A stretch of DNA of 64,000 bases from the IMG/VR virus record IMGVR_UViG_3300047539_000147. The stretch is one strand, 5' to 3'. Numbering within the stretch: the first letter of the stretch is position 1; the number at the start of each line of letters is the position of its first letter. Origin of the DNA: an uncultured virus (IMG/VR IMGVR_UViG_3300047539_000147) (Duplodnaviria > Heunggongvirae > Uroviricota > Caudoviricetes). The translations under genes and the position numbers were made by a program. The notes under the pieces were generated by a model, which was not told the origin of the DNA, searched no databases, and worked only from the letters and a program-made list of their open reading frames with translations. Positions 20,433 through 30,847 of the stretch are shown here, in pieces.

Positions 20433-23400
20433 TCACGCCACCGTCAGTCCGGGTAGCTGCATGTTGGCCGACTGCTGCGTGCGGCCGTAGCTCGAATACT
20501 GCGCGGCCATCGCTTGGTCGGTCACGAACTGCGGCGTCACAAACTGGCCGGTCATGAAGTTCGCGGCGTCGTTGCCGCTGATATTCAGCGAGAGGTACGT
20601 CGCGCCGCTGCCGCCAGCCGTGTTCGGGCCACCGGGCGTGGGATAGGTTCCGGTCGCGATGCCGCCGAGCGTCGGAATGTTCGAAGCGTAGGCGTGAGCC
20701 TGGCCGTCCTGGTAGCTGGCTTGTTGGTAGAGCTTGCCGCCCTGCTCCACCAGCTCCCCGCGTACGGCGTCGTGGCCGACAACGGCATCTTCTGGCCGGT
20801 GGCTTCCGAATACAGCATCACGAGTTGACGGACGCTCGGGGATCGCACCGCCACCGCGATCTGGCCGCCGAACTGCGACTGCGCGATCTGGACCACCTGC
20901 TTGATCGTGCCGCTGTTCTGGGGAATATCGACACCGTAGATGCTCTTGATGTCGTCGTGTGCCTCCCTCTGCGGAGACTTGACGCCGGCTATCATCTCTC
21001 CGATGCCAATGCCGAAACCGGCGGCGCCGCCAATCAGCGCGCCCAATGGGCCTCCCATCTGGAACCCGATGGCCGCCCCGCCAGCCGTCCCTTCCGCTGT
21101 GCCCGTCCATGTGCCACGGCTGCTCCCGAGCAGCCCTTGTTGCGCCAGCATCGTGCCGCCCGCCAGCATCGCGGCCCCGGCCACGCCACCTACACCCGTG
21201 ATCTTGCCGCCGGAATCTCCGGTTTGGACGTCGTTGCCGTTTTCATCTGTGCCATAGGTCGGATTAGACGGGCTCCGCTTGAAGCTCCCCCAGTTCGTGC
21301 GCTTGAGGTTACTGACGATTCCCGCCAGACCGTTCGACCCGCTCCCACCAGCCGCGCCGCCGCGCGCACCGCCGAACAACATCGCCAGCGGATTGAATCC
21401 GCCCGTCCCGCCCGGCACCCGATTCAACGTCGGCGTCCCCGCCGATGCGCCGGACCAATCTCCGCCGCCAGCAGCCCAAGGAGCGGGAGTGTAGCCACCG
21501 GTGGCCGCGCCCGACGAAGAGTGATCCGTCCCCACGGCACCCGCTCCACCGCCAGCCGCTCCGGAGCCGCTACGCGTGCTTCCGCCGAACAGCATTGCCA
21601 TCGGGTTGAATCCGATACCACCGGAACTCCACGCGGCCGGGGAGTAGCCGCCCGCCCCCACAGGGCACGCTCATCTTGGCCGGTGCCGAGATCGATGGAA
21701 TGGAAATTCCCAAAACGCCAGCAGCGCCGGCGGCACCACTCTGCAAGGATGGAGCAGCCACTCCCATGCCTGCGGCCAGGATAGCCGTCAGCGCCGCCAT
21801 GACCGCGCTGTTCTGCATGGTCGCGGCGGTGTTCTGATCGGTGGACACGCGCACCGGGTCCTGCTTGCCGCCCTTGAACACACCAGCGAGCCCGCCCTGC
21901 CCATCCGCACCGTAGATGATCGGATGGAGGACGTTCGCCGCCATGCCGCCCAGCGTCTCGGTCACCGGCTTGAGCACCGCGGCGTGGACCGTACTCAGCA
22001 GATCCTTGCCGAAGTTCTTGGGCTTGGTGAACAGAACGTCGATCAGCTTTTCTGCCTGCTTCTGGAGGCTGTCGAACTGCGACTGGATCTCCTGCTGGCG
22101 TTTCTGCTGGAGCTGCGCCTGCTTTTCCTCGAACTGGTCCTGCGCCTGGGCGATTTCCGTGTACAGATCCTTCTGCGCCTGCGCCGCCAGGACGGAGCGC
22201 TTGGCCGCGTTCTCTTCTTTCGATATCCGTTCCGCTTCGATGCCCGCCAACTGGACGGCCAGATCGAGCCGGATCTGGTAGGCTTGCTGCGCCGCTGCCT
22301 CTTCCTTTCGCGCCGATAGCTCCCGCTTTTCGGCCTCAGACATCGCCATCGGCGTTTCCTGGCCGGCAGTCAGTTCCGCCATGCGCGCGGATCGCGCGGC
22401 GCGCCGCCGCAGTTCATCGCGCTGCGCCTGGACGCCGATGTCCTCGATCCGTTCCTGCGCGGCGAAGCCTTCCTCCCACTCCTTCATCTGCTCTTTGCTC
22501 GGCATCATGAGTGCGAGCATCTTCTTCTGCTGCTCGGCCGCTTGCTTGTCGGCGTACTTTTCGAACTCCTCCCATGCCTTTTTCGATAGCACGGCTGCCT
22601 GCTCGTCCGCCGCCTTGCGGATCGCCGCAATCTCCGATTCCGACGCCTTCACCTTCGCGGCCTGCTGCAGAAGCTGGTCGCGCTGGTAGTAGATTTTGCC
22701 GATTGCATCGAGCTCGGCTTCATCGCCCTTCTTCTCGAACTCGGCCGCTTGGCGACGGAAATCCTTGAGCTGCTCCGCGCCCTTTGCCACCGCGTCCAAT
22801 GCCGCCTTGCGGCGCGCCTCGGTAGCTTCCGCGACGTGGAGTTGTTGGCCCAGATCCTGTGCCTGAGCCTTCGTCAACGGCTTGTCCGGTTCGAGCAGTT
22901 GCTTCTGGAGCCGCTCGACATCCTTCTTGGCGTCGGCGTAAGCCTTCTCCATGCCATCGTGCGTGCCGAAGAACCGGGCGCGAATGCGATCCGTTTCTTC
23001 CTTGCCTGCACGCAGGTCTGTCCGCTTGGTGGCCGCCTCGGCATCCGCCAGCATCTTCTGCAACTGCTGGATCTGGTTCTGGATGTCGCTCGCGCGCTTC
23101 GCTCGGGCCTCCTCGTCGCGGGTGGGCGCAATCGCTTGCAGGATGCCGAAATCGCCGACCAGCCCTTGCTGTTGGGCCCGCAAATCCTCGATGCGCTTCA
23201 AGGTGGCATCGCGGTTCTTCATGATGTCCGGCGCCCGGCGTTCCATGTCGGCCACTTCCTGACGATGACCGGAGATCGACATCTTCGCCCCGATGCCGCC
23301 CGCCGCCCGAATGTCGGCGGCATCCTGCATCGCCTGTTCCTCTTCGCGGCGCTGCCGTTCATCGTCTCCGGCGGTGCTGATGTTGTTGAGGAACCAATCG

Positions 23401-24509
23401 ACGCCCTTACCGACCCAGGTCACGGTGACGACCAGCCCCTCTTTGAACTTGCGGACCAGCGCGTCCCACTTGGTTTCGAGCACGGTCACTTCACGCTGGT
23501 ATTCGGCAAAGCGGCGGATGTCTTCCTCGGTCGGCCCGAAGCCCTGCTCGTGGGCGACGCGCAGGTTCTCGTTGAGTTCCGTCATGAACGGAATCGCCTC
23601 CACGCCGACCTTTTTGAACAGGTCCATGGCGGCGGCGTCCCGCTGAAGCCCTTCCGGGAGCTTGTTCAGACCCTCGGAGATCTCCGTCAGAATCTCGGAG
23701 GTGGGTTTCATCTCTCCCGTGGCGGTGTGGAAATCGATGCCCATCCCGCGCAAGGTGGCCCGCGCCTTTTCGCCTTCCCTGGAATTGTCGTCGGCTGCCT
23801 GGGACAGACCGCGCATGAGGCGCTCGACAATCGAGATGTCCTGCCCGACCGCGCGCGCCGCGAAGCCGAACTGCCCGACTTCCTTCGCGGTCAAACCGGT
23901 GCGCAGTTCCGCGTCCTTCACGCGAGTGCCATACTCACCCAGACTCTTCGCAGCCTCGAATGCGGACGCCGCAATGGTGCCAAGTACCGCAGCGCCGGCA
24001 GTGACAGCGATGCCAAAGGGACCAAGGGCGGAAAGCACGGACGAGAGGGCGCCCTTCGCCCCCTGGAGCGGATTCTCCATGAACTGGCTGACGCGGTCGC
24101 CGAACGAAGTGATGGCTTCGGACTGCTTCCGCAATGCCTCTTCGGCTTCCTTGGCCGCCTTGACCGCGAGAGCTTCGCGCGCGGCCTTCTCCTCCATGGC
24201 GATCATCTTTTCGTAGGATCTGGTGATCGCGTCGATGGCCTGCGGCTCGCGGTTATATCGCTGGAGAAGTTGGTCCCGCTGGGTGATCAGCCGGTCCACA
24301 CCGCTCTTGCCGTAAGTCTCGGCCTGCTTTTCGAGGGAGGCGATGAGCCGCTGGACGCTGGACCGGGTCTGATCCGAAATCCGGATGACCTTGCCGTGCG
24401 ACGATTCCGCTTTCTTCTCGAAGCCGTCGAGGGCGGCGTTGGCCTTGTCCGTTATCGGGGTGACCTGGTCCTCGGCTTCGAGAATTACGCGTTCCGCTTG
24501 GTCTGCCAT
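20433..24509 (-). CDS. Tail tape measure protein, frameshifts near 21660 and 20757
   Basis: Ala/Glu/Gln-rich coiled coil, DAAAMDLFKKVG motif, Gly-rich hydrophobic C-terminus; three consecutive overlapping ORFs. Confidence 0.88.
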
Positions 24510-24967
24510 TTACGCTGCCTTGAGCATCACGAAGGGACGCGCCTGAAATGCCGCGAGCACGGCCTGGCGGTCGCGCGGCGATACACCCCACTGCGCCTCG
24601 CGCCGGTTGTTGAAGGCGGCGATCTGCGAAGCCGTCAGCCGCCGGCCAGGAAGGCTTCGTCGAGAAACCCGATTGCCGCGCGGTTCTCGTTCGCGGTCAG
24701 GACCTTGAGGCACCGCAGCGTATGCCCGCTCCAGGTCCAGTCGCGAATCGGCTGGAGACCGCGCGCCGACTTGTAGTCGGGGTAGCCGCGCCGGCCCGAC
24801 AGTCCGGGCTTCAGTGGCGCGGCTGCCTGGTCGTAGATGTTCTGGCCGCTCTGGATGCGCGCGCGGATCGAATCCGCCAGCACCTGCGCGAAGCCCTGCA
24901 TCTCGGTCGCGGTGTAGGGCGAGTAGACGAAGCGGGCGCGTTTGATGACGGTTTGGAATCTGGCCAT
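24510..24967 (-). CDS. Virion morphogenesis / neck-like protein, frameshift near 24655
   Basis: MARFQTVIKRAR..RDWTWSGHTLRCL continuing into IAAFNNRREAQWGVSPRD; abuts tape measure start. Confidence 0.55.
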
Positions 24968-25085
24968 GCCCGACACCCGAGTACTGTTCTCCCTGCCATC
25001 GGATATCAAGCAGGTACCTGTTTTCAGCCTGGCGGCACTCGTCCTTCCGTGCCCAGCGAGGAAACTTGAAGGATCAGGGAACAAA

Positions 25086-26285
25086 CTACCGTTGGAGTGT
25101 TACGACAAACTCCTGGCGCATGGTGATAACGCGCCTTACATCCGAAGACCTGCCACTAGCGTTGATCACTATGGGGGTCTTCTTGCTTGCGAAAGCCCTT
25201 GACCGGAGCGAAACCAATTCGAACCCGAATTTCCGCATGGTATCTGCGACGAACCGATCCAAGTACAAGCGCCGGTTCTCGACATTCCGCCGCGCAACCA
25301 CAAAAATCGCATGTGCCTTCGGAGATGCGACAGCAGCTATCTCGGAGCAAGAACGAAAGAGATCCGTCAAGTAGTTTCGTACCCGCAGACTGCCAGGGCC
25401 GTCGCGCCGACCGTGCCAGTACTCACTGACGTCAAACTCAGTAGGAGCCTCATCGCTACGACGACCGCCTAAACAGACTCGATCAATCTCGCCAGCAGTC
25501 TTGAACTGCACATCAAGTCGGGCCAGATGCCGAACGACGCCTAAACAAATTGAGGACATCCCACCATAGCCAACCGTGGTGCGCGAATCACCGTAAGGCG
25601 GCGAAGACACGACGACATCGAATCCGCGCCGCTCTCCATGTACCCGCAAGACGGATTCCAAATCCCGTGCATCACCTATACAGAACTTGTACCTGCTGAC
25701 AACCTGTGAAGAAGAATGCGCCTCCTCTATAAACCGCCTCAATCGTTTCTTGAACACCGCCCATGGAGACACCTCGAATACGTCCCGCTCCAATTGAGGT
25801 AGTCGGTGTAACTTCCACTGTTGATTCCGGCAAAATGAGACGTCCCGAGCGGTCGCACTCAAAATCGCGGCAAGCTGGACTACCACAGTCCGCGGAATCC
25901 GCTCGCCGTTGATCCATGTAATAATCTCTGACAACTCCCTCCGGACTGGCCCCGAGAACCAATCAGCGGTTCGCTCACTCTCGAAGTCATAAAGACCGCT
26001 CCTTTTGGGTCGGGCAGCTCTCCGGCTGAGGTCTTCCAGCATTCGCAGGTGTATAGTTGAAACCTTCGCCCTCGCGATCATCAGTGCCAGTGGGTTAACA
26101 TCAACACCTACTGCGCTCACCCCACGCGAATCACTCGCGACCAAGGTTCGAGCAGTACCACAAAATGGATCAAGTATCCTGCAACCGTCCTTAACTACCG
26201 CCCCAGTTATGGCGAGCGCCAGCTCATCTGCGATCATTGCCGGATATGGATGCAGACTGCTGAATCTGGTGCGATGCGCGCTCAT
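25086..26285 (-). CDS. Alpha-class amino (probably N4-cytosine) methyltransferase, MvaI-like
   Basis: LHPYPAM, ILDPFCGTART (atypical motif I), SSPPYGDSRTTVGYG. Confidence 0.8.
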   Translation of the reverse strand: MSAHRTRFSSLHPYPAMIADELALAITGAVVKDGCRILDPFCGTARTLVASDSRGVSAVGVDVNPLALMIARAKVSTIHLRMLEDLSRRAARPKRSGLYDFESERTADWFSGPVRRELSEIITWINGERIPRTVVVQLAAILSATARDVSFCRNQQWKLHRLPQLERDVFEVSPWAVFKKRLRRFIEEAHSSSQVVSRYKFCIGDARDLESVLRVHGERRGFDVVVSSPPYGDSRTTVGYGGMSSICLGVVRHLARLDVQFKTAGEIDRVCLGGRRSDEAPTEFDVSEYWHGRRDGPGSLRVRNYLTDLFRSCSEIAAVASPKAHAIFVVARRNVENRRLYLDRFVADTMRKFGFELVSLRSRAFASKKTPIVINASGRSSDVRRVITMRQEFVVTLQR

Positions 26286-26770
26286 GGATTGCAGGCCTCT
26301 ATGATGCGGTGTGCGACGTCATCCGCAGTCAGTCCGCTCGTGTCGATGTCTATAGGAGTCGGCGAGTTTCTAGATTCGACGTAGAGACGAGTTCTAAGCA
26401 TGTCATCGTCTGCGTCCCGCGCCCTAAACGCGTCGTCGCCTCCGCTACCCCGGCCAGCAAATCGCAGTTGCCGTTCCGTCTCGGAGCACAGTAAACGAAC
26501 GAGAATGACACCTGGCACCTCGGTCAATACGGAATCCAAAAATGTCCCCTCGATAATCAACCGATCTGTTGTGGCCGCAATTCTGCGAGTGGCATCATCA
26601 ATAATCCGATGGTCAGCGTTTGCGAGCTCGGAAGCACTGCGATTGTGCTGTCTCGCATATTCCTTAACGCTCTCGCCGCAATGCCGGACCGGCACCCCCA
26701 AATGCGCACCGAGGATTGTGGCGACCGCGGACTTCCCGACGCTTGAGCGTCCAAATATCGCAATGACCAT
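26282..26770 (-). CDS. Nucleoside monophosphate kinase, archaeal cytidylate kinase-like
   Basis: IAIFGRSSVGKS P-loop, CGESVKEYA, LIIEG, ERQLRFAGR lid; ATGA overlap with downstream MTase. Confidence 0.8.
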   Translation of the reverse strand: MVIAIFGRSSVGKSAVATILGAHLGVPVRHCGESVKEYARQHNRSASELANADHRIIDDATRRIAATTDRLIIEGTFLDSVLTEVPGVILVRLLCSETERQLRFAGRGSGGDDAFRARDADDDMLRTRLYVESRNSPTPIDIDTSGLTADDVAHRIIEACNP

Positions 26771-26775
26771 AGCCC

Positions 26776-27981
26776 CTAGTCCTTTCTGAAGACGCACAGG
26801 TATTCCTGAGAATCGGAACCCAGACGGTCAGAGACCCGGCGCCGAGTCGGGCGCCGCGTGACCGGGCCCCACACCGGCCGAAGAAACCTCGTGACTGCTT
26901 TGAGTACTGATTCGGGAGCTTCCTGAAACTTTCTCGAAGAGCCGATAACAATTGCGCAATAGCCACCAGTTCTCAGTACTCGACTGAATTCGCCTGCGGA
27001 CGTCTCAATTGCAGCCAAGTAATTCTCGTACTCGCGGAGGCGATCTCGCCGATATCGCGCACCTATTTCATTCACTTTGTCAGTGCCAAGGGGCCACTGA
27101 TGCCACAGATATGTCAAGCGATTCGCACGCGTGTAGTCTATCATCCCAATGTACGGCGGAGACGTGACGACAAGATCTACAGCGTTGTCATAGAATGGCA
27201 GGCTCCTGCTATCACTGCGGCTTACCATTGCACTACCGCCCGACACTGGCCGACTGTGCGCTGATCGCAACACGTCTATCGCGTGCGAGAGTCGCTGCAA
27301 AAATGCGAGGCGAGCATCGCGCCATGCCAATGATTTCGGACGCACATTGTCGGCCACCCATCCCCAATGGTGGCGCCTATGTTTCCGCCCCGGCCGCCCT
27401 GATATTGGTGAGGGCGAGATACTGCCAAACAGGGTGTCTGAGAACAACATCTGTAGCACTTCGGACGCCGCAGGTCCCTCGACACTTTCAATAATCCGCC
27501 AGATGCCACGAAGCTGAGAAAGCGTGTCTGGGTGATACCAGTGACTAAGCTCCGCGGCTTCGCCCTGGCCCAGCATGCCCCCGTGGTCAACACCGACGTC
27601 GAGGCGGGTGCCAATGACCTCTCCAACTGCGCGGAGGGCCGCCTCGATTTCTGGAGATGCAAGCATCGAGCATTTCGCCTTACTGATCAGTACGGCCATG
27701 GGGCTGAAGTCCGATAGCACCGCGCTCCGACCAAGCATAAAGGCTTCGGCTCCAGTCGTGCCGCTGCCGCAGAACGGGTCCAAGACGACCTGGCCCGCGC
27801 GAGATAACGTCTGGACCAAGAACGATGGAATCTGTGGTATGAAATTTCCAGCGAACCAGTGCAGCGAGTGGACGCTGTTTGGTATCGTGGTCGCCCCCGG
27901 AAAGTTCCAATCCACCGCGTCGAGTTTCGACTTGATTGCGGCTTCTTCTTTGGACGTAGTGTTCACGAGGGCTGACGCCAT
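26776..27981 (-). CDS. Alpha-class amino (probably N4-cytosine) methyltransferase
   Basis: HSLHWFAGNFIPQIP, VLDPFCGSGTT, VVTSPPY. Confidence 0.85.
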   Translation of the reverse strand: MASALVNTTSKEEAAIKSKLDAVDWNFPGATTIPNSVHSLHWFAGNFIPQIPSFLVQTLSRAGQVVLDPFCGSGTTGAEAFMLGRSAVLSDFSPMAVLISKAKCSMLASPEIEAALRAVGEVIGTRLDVGVDHGGMLGQGEAAELSHWYHPDTLSQLRGIWRIIESVEGPAASEVLQMLFSDTLFGSISPSPISGRPGRKHRRHHWGWVADNVRPKSLAWRDARLAFLQRLSHAIDVLRSAHSRPVSGGSAMVSRSDSRSLPFYDNAVDLVVTSPPYIGMIDYTRANRLTYLWHQWPLGTDKVNEIGARYRRDRLREYENYLAAIETSAGEFSRVLRTGGYCAIVIGSSRKFQEAPESVLKAVTRFLRPVWGPVTRRPTRRRVSDRLGSDSQEYLCVFRKD

Positions 27982-27984
27982 GGG

Positions 27985-29244
27985 TCAGAAAAGAGATGCT
28001 TCACATGTTCGACGCACCGCATAGCAGCGCGCGCCAAAGAAGTCTTGGACGATGCCGGCAATCGTGGCCGCCTCCGTCGCGGTAAAGGGGCTCTTTTTCG
28101 GAGAACCACCACCCAGAAGCCATTCAGACGAGTCTTCGCCAAGTTCAACATCGCCATCTGACTGGACAAAGATTCGGACACGGCGTTTTCGCTTGTCTTT
28201 GATGCGGTAAGAAAAGTACTCCCTCCCGATCCTATCGGACACTATCGCCGAGAACCTCTTGAGGTCTGACAACTGAGGCGAAAGGCCTTGAACCCATAAC
28301 AATGGACTAAGGTCCCACACGTCACCGAGCATCCAACGACGCGTCGTCTCTTCAATCATACGGTCGCCAGCAGTGGACAGCCTGGTTAGATACTCCAGGT
28401 CGGTCCACTTCCAATCGTCAAGCGTGAAGATGCCGATCCCGTAGGCCCTAACGGTCGAATAGAGAAGCATTAACTTCCCCGCGAAGTCTGCTTCCGATAG
28501 CATGAGACGAGCATACACTCTCTCGCGAAGGCCTAGCCATGCACGAATGAGCGGAATCGCGTCCGGAGAGAACATCAGGTCTCCTGCGGGCGTCACGCCA
28601 GTCATCAACTCTGCAACTTTGATCGGCGACACCATGGAGCAGTCGAGACCCATGTGGTAGGCAATGCGAGTGACATTGTCAAGATTGTCGATGTCCATGT
28701 CCCCTGCGATCAACTTTCCAAAGGCGCCACGACCGCTGATCAAGTCGAATAACTCACCGATACGGCGTTGTGCATCTACGCGGAACGCTCGCAGCATCCA
28801 CTCTTTCAGCTCTGATTGATGTCCGAGAAAGAGCTGGAGGTCGATCCCACCGACATCGGGCACTTCGCCTCCGGCGAGTAGCAATGCCCATTTTCGCTCG
28901 TGATTGAACCCCGTCTCAACATACTGCAGGGCCTCCTCTACGAGGTGCCCAAATGGCGATATTGCTGTATCGTGGATAAGCGCAGCCGCCTGCAAAAGCA
29001 ATTGTTCGTCACGATGAAGGGACTGGCAGAAGCCAACGCGGCTGCAAAGATACGCTGTGCCAAGAGCATGCTCGAAGCGGGATGTTCCTGATATCCCCGG
29101 CATGTCTAAAGAGTCAATGTTCGACAGTCGGATGTGACGCAGTCGCTGAAGCAACGGGCGTCCTACTAGATCGGCGATTTCATCCGAAAGGGCGACATCA
29201 CCATAGAGGACATCTAAATAGGCGATATTAGGGGGCTTAGCCAC
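27985..29244 (-). CDS. HD-domain phosphohydrolase, SAMHD1/dNTP triphosphohydrolase-like
   Basis: LQRLRHIRL, SRFEHALG, ALIHDTAISPFGH, DIDNLD. Confidence 0.88.
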   Translation of the reverse strand: MAKPPNIAYLDVLYGDVALSDEIADLVGRPLLQRLRHIRLSNIDSLDMPGISGTSRFEHALGTAYLCSRVGFCQSLHRDEQLLLQAAALIHDTAISPFGHLVEEALQYVETGFNHERKWALLLAGGEVPDVGGIDLQLFLGHQSELKEWMLRAFRVDAQRRIGELFDLISGRGAFGKLIAGDMDIDNLDNVTRIAYHMGLDCSMVSPIKVAELMTGVTPAGDLMFSPDAIPLIRAWLGLRERVYARLMLSEADFAGKLMLLYSTVRAYGIGIFTLDDWKWTDLEYLTRLSTAGDRMIEETTRRWMLGDVWDLSPLLWVQGLSPQLSDLKRFSAIVSDRIGREYFSYRIKDKRKRRVRIFVQSDGDVELGEDSSEWLLGGGSPKKSPFTATEAATIAGIVQDFFGARCYAVRRTCEASLF

Positions 29245-30361
29245 CAGTTTTCTCCACTCTCACGGGATTGGTCGTGTCGATCCGGGCAGGCCCCACATAA
29301 ATATCCGAATATGTTTGGAGGAGCAGAGAATCAACGTCTGAAGCGGTAGGCTCGACAAATACGGTCACCATGCCACCCCATGCATGTTCCGATGGTAGGA
29401 CGTGCCTAAGGAATATCCTGTACTGCTCTGGAGATTCGAGGTCGATGAGAGCAGAGCAACCCTCATAGACTACTAGAGTCGGGTTGCGAACCTGACCGCC
29501 AGATTCATCCTTGAGTTTGTTGAATGCCCTTGCTGTCGCCGTATGGACACCGGCGTAGGAAGGGCGGGAGGTAACTGCAATGACACCTTTGCCAGTGATC
29601 TCAGCGGTCCTTTCGAGATGCACCGAGTCAGTAAAGCCAAAATGCGGCGTATATGCATCAATAACGGCCACCCGCCGGGCGTGTGCTTGATTCTCCAAGA
29701 CCTTCGCAGAAGCGAGGCTGTCTATAAGCTCAAAAGGATGGCGAATGCAGGTCGTGTATTGCACATAGCAATCTTTGTCAAGGAGGTCAGCGATGATGGC
29801 GACCAGGAATTCATCTGTTTGGGACAGACGGCGTTGGCAGATTGATATCGAGGGGGACGTAGCCCATCTGTGCTGTGGCACAGTCTTGAAGTCTCGGCGG
29901 ACTCCCGCGAGAATGATGTCATTCGGATTGGTATCGCTTAGGAGAATGCGCAGTGCATCTTCAGTCAGTTTCGGAGGTGTGTGCTCATAGGACGGCTTAC
30001 GGCGGAGTCGTCGCAAGAGATGCTTTGCGTATCTAACTACGGAGGTGTTCCTTATGAGATGGTCGTCGCGAAAATGGACATGACGATTGTGCAACCGCCA
30101 AACGTTGTAGACAACCGTCGTAAGTGCTATGCAAAGAAGAGTAGCAGCAACTCCTTCTGAGACTGTCTTTGCCCGCGGAAAGCTGGCCGGAATTAGTGAA
30201 GAGATAGATGCAATGAAAATGGAGACTGTTACAAGTGATGCGATTGGGTAGATGAACGTTGTGATGTATGGCGTCTTTCTCTCCCTCGCCAACAGGGCGT
30301 AGAAGGCAAGGAGGAATGCCAGGAGGGCGAACGCGGAAGTGACTAGAGTATTGGCAGGCAT
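29237..30361 (-). CDS. Membrane protein: about 3 N-terminal TM helices + KaiC/RAD55-like RecA-fold domain without Walker A
   Basis: Hydrophobic first ~90 aa; YVQYTT..RHP, VAVIDAYT, LVVYEGCSAL, TVFVE pattern; no GxxxxGK[ST]. Confidence 0.6.
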   Translation of the reverse strand: MPANTLVTSAFALLAFLLAFYALLARERKTPYITTFIYPIASLVTVSIFIASISSLIPASFPRAKTVSEGVAATLLCIALTTVVYNVWRLHNRHVHFRDDHLIRNTSVVRYAKHLLRRLRRKPSYEHTPPKLTEDALRILLSDTNPNDIILAGVRRDFKTVPQHRWATSPSISICQRRLSQTDEFLVAIIADLLDKDCYVQYTTCIRHPFELIDSLASAKVLENQAHARRVAVIDAYTPHFGFTDSVHLERTAEITGKGVIAVTSRPSYAGVHTATARAFNKLKDESGGQVRNPTLVVYEGCSALIDLESPEQYRIFLRHVLPSEHAWGGMVTVFVEPTASDVDSLLLQTYSDIYVGPARIDTTNPVRVEKTGG

Positions 30362-30459
30362 GTAGGCTGCTCCTGGAGATCCCCAATGATGACGCGACGC
30401 ACGAGCACGAGGGCGGTCGCGGACCGGTCAGCCACTGCTGCGCGCAGTGTTCCGTTCCA

Positions 30460-30847
30460 CCGCGCAATTCCTGGCGCTCGGCCTTCGATCAGTTCCAGCA
30501 CCCGGAACTCCTCCTCCGTGATATCGGCCAGCGTGATCGTCAGCCCGATGCTCTTCGCGTTCAGGATGCGGAAGCACCGCCGCACGAGAGCGCCGTTCGG
30601 CGTGTCCATCGCCTCTTCGAGCAGGTTCTTGGGACAGCCGGGGCCATGGCTGACGTCGATGGCCTTCCAATCCGCGCCGCAGGCGGGGCAGCCATCCAAC
30701 TCGGTCTGCGCCGAGTATCCGCACGCCGGCAGCGGAAGACGCGGTCGGGGCATTCTTCGTCAGGCCCGCACAGCCCGCCCTGGTGCAGCACCGACCGGAT
30801 CAGGAATCGCACGCCCGGCTCTTCCGGCCAGTCGCCGGGCGCGGCTA
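30460..30847 (-). CDS. Tail assembly chaperone C-terminal extension (gpT-like) with Zn ribbon; internal indels, 3' end uncertain
   Basis: Open in the -1 frame at end of the chaperone; FRCRR/CGYS..GCPACG..GCP. Confidence 0.5.

Noticed and set aside
22749..24776. Long plus-strand ORFs (675 aa here, also 42774-44351, 12924-14036 and others)
   Set aside because: Antisense shadows of high-GC genes with strong codon bias; no motifs
25086..27981. Ordinary type II/IIS restriction-modification system
   Set aside because: No PD-(D/E)xK, HNH, PLD or GIY-YIG nuclease gene in the cassette; kinase, HD and membrane genes are not explained
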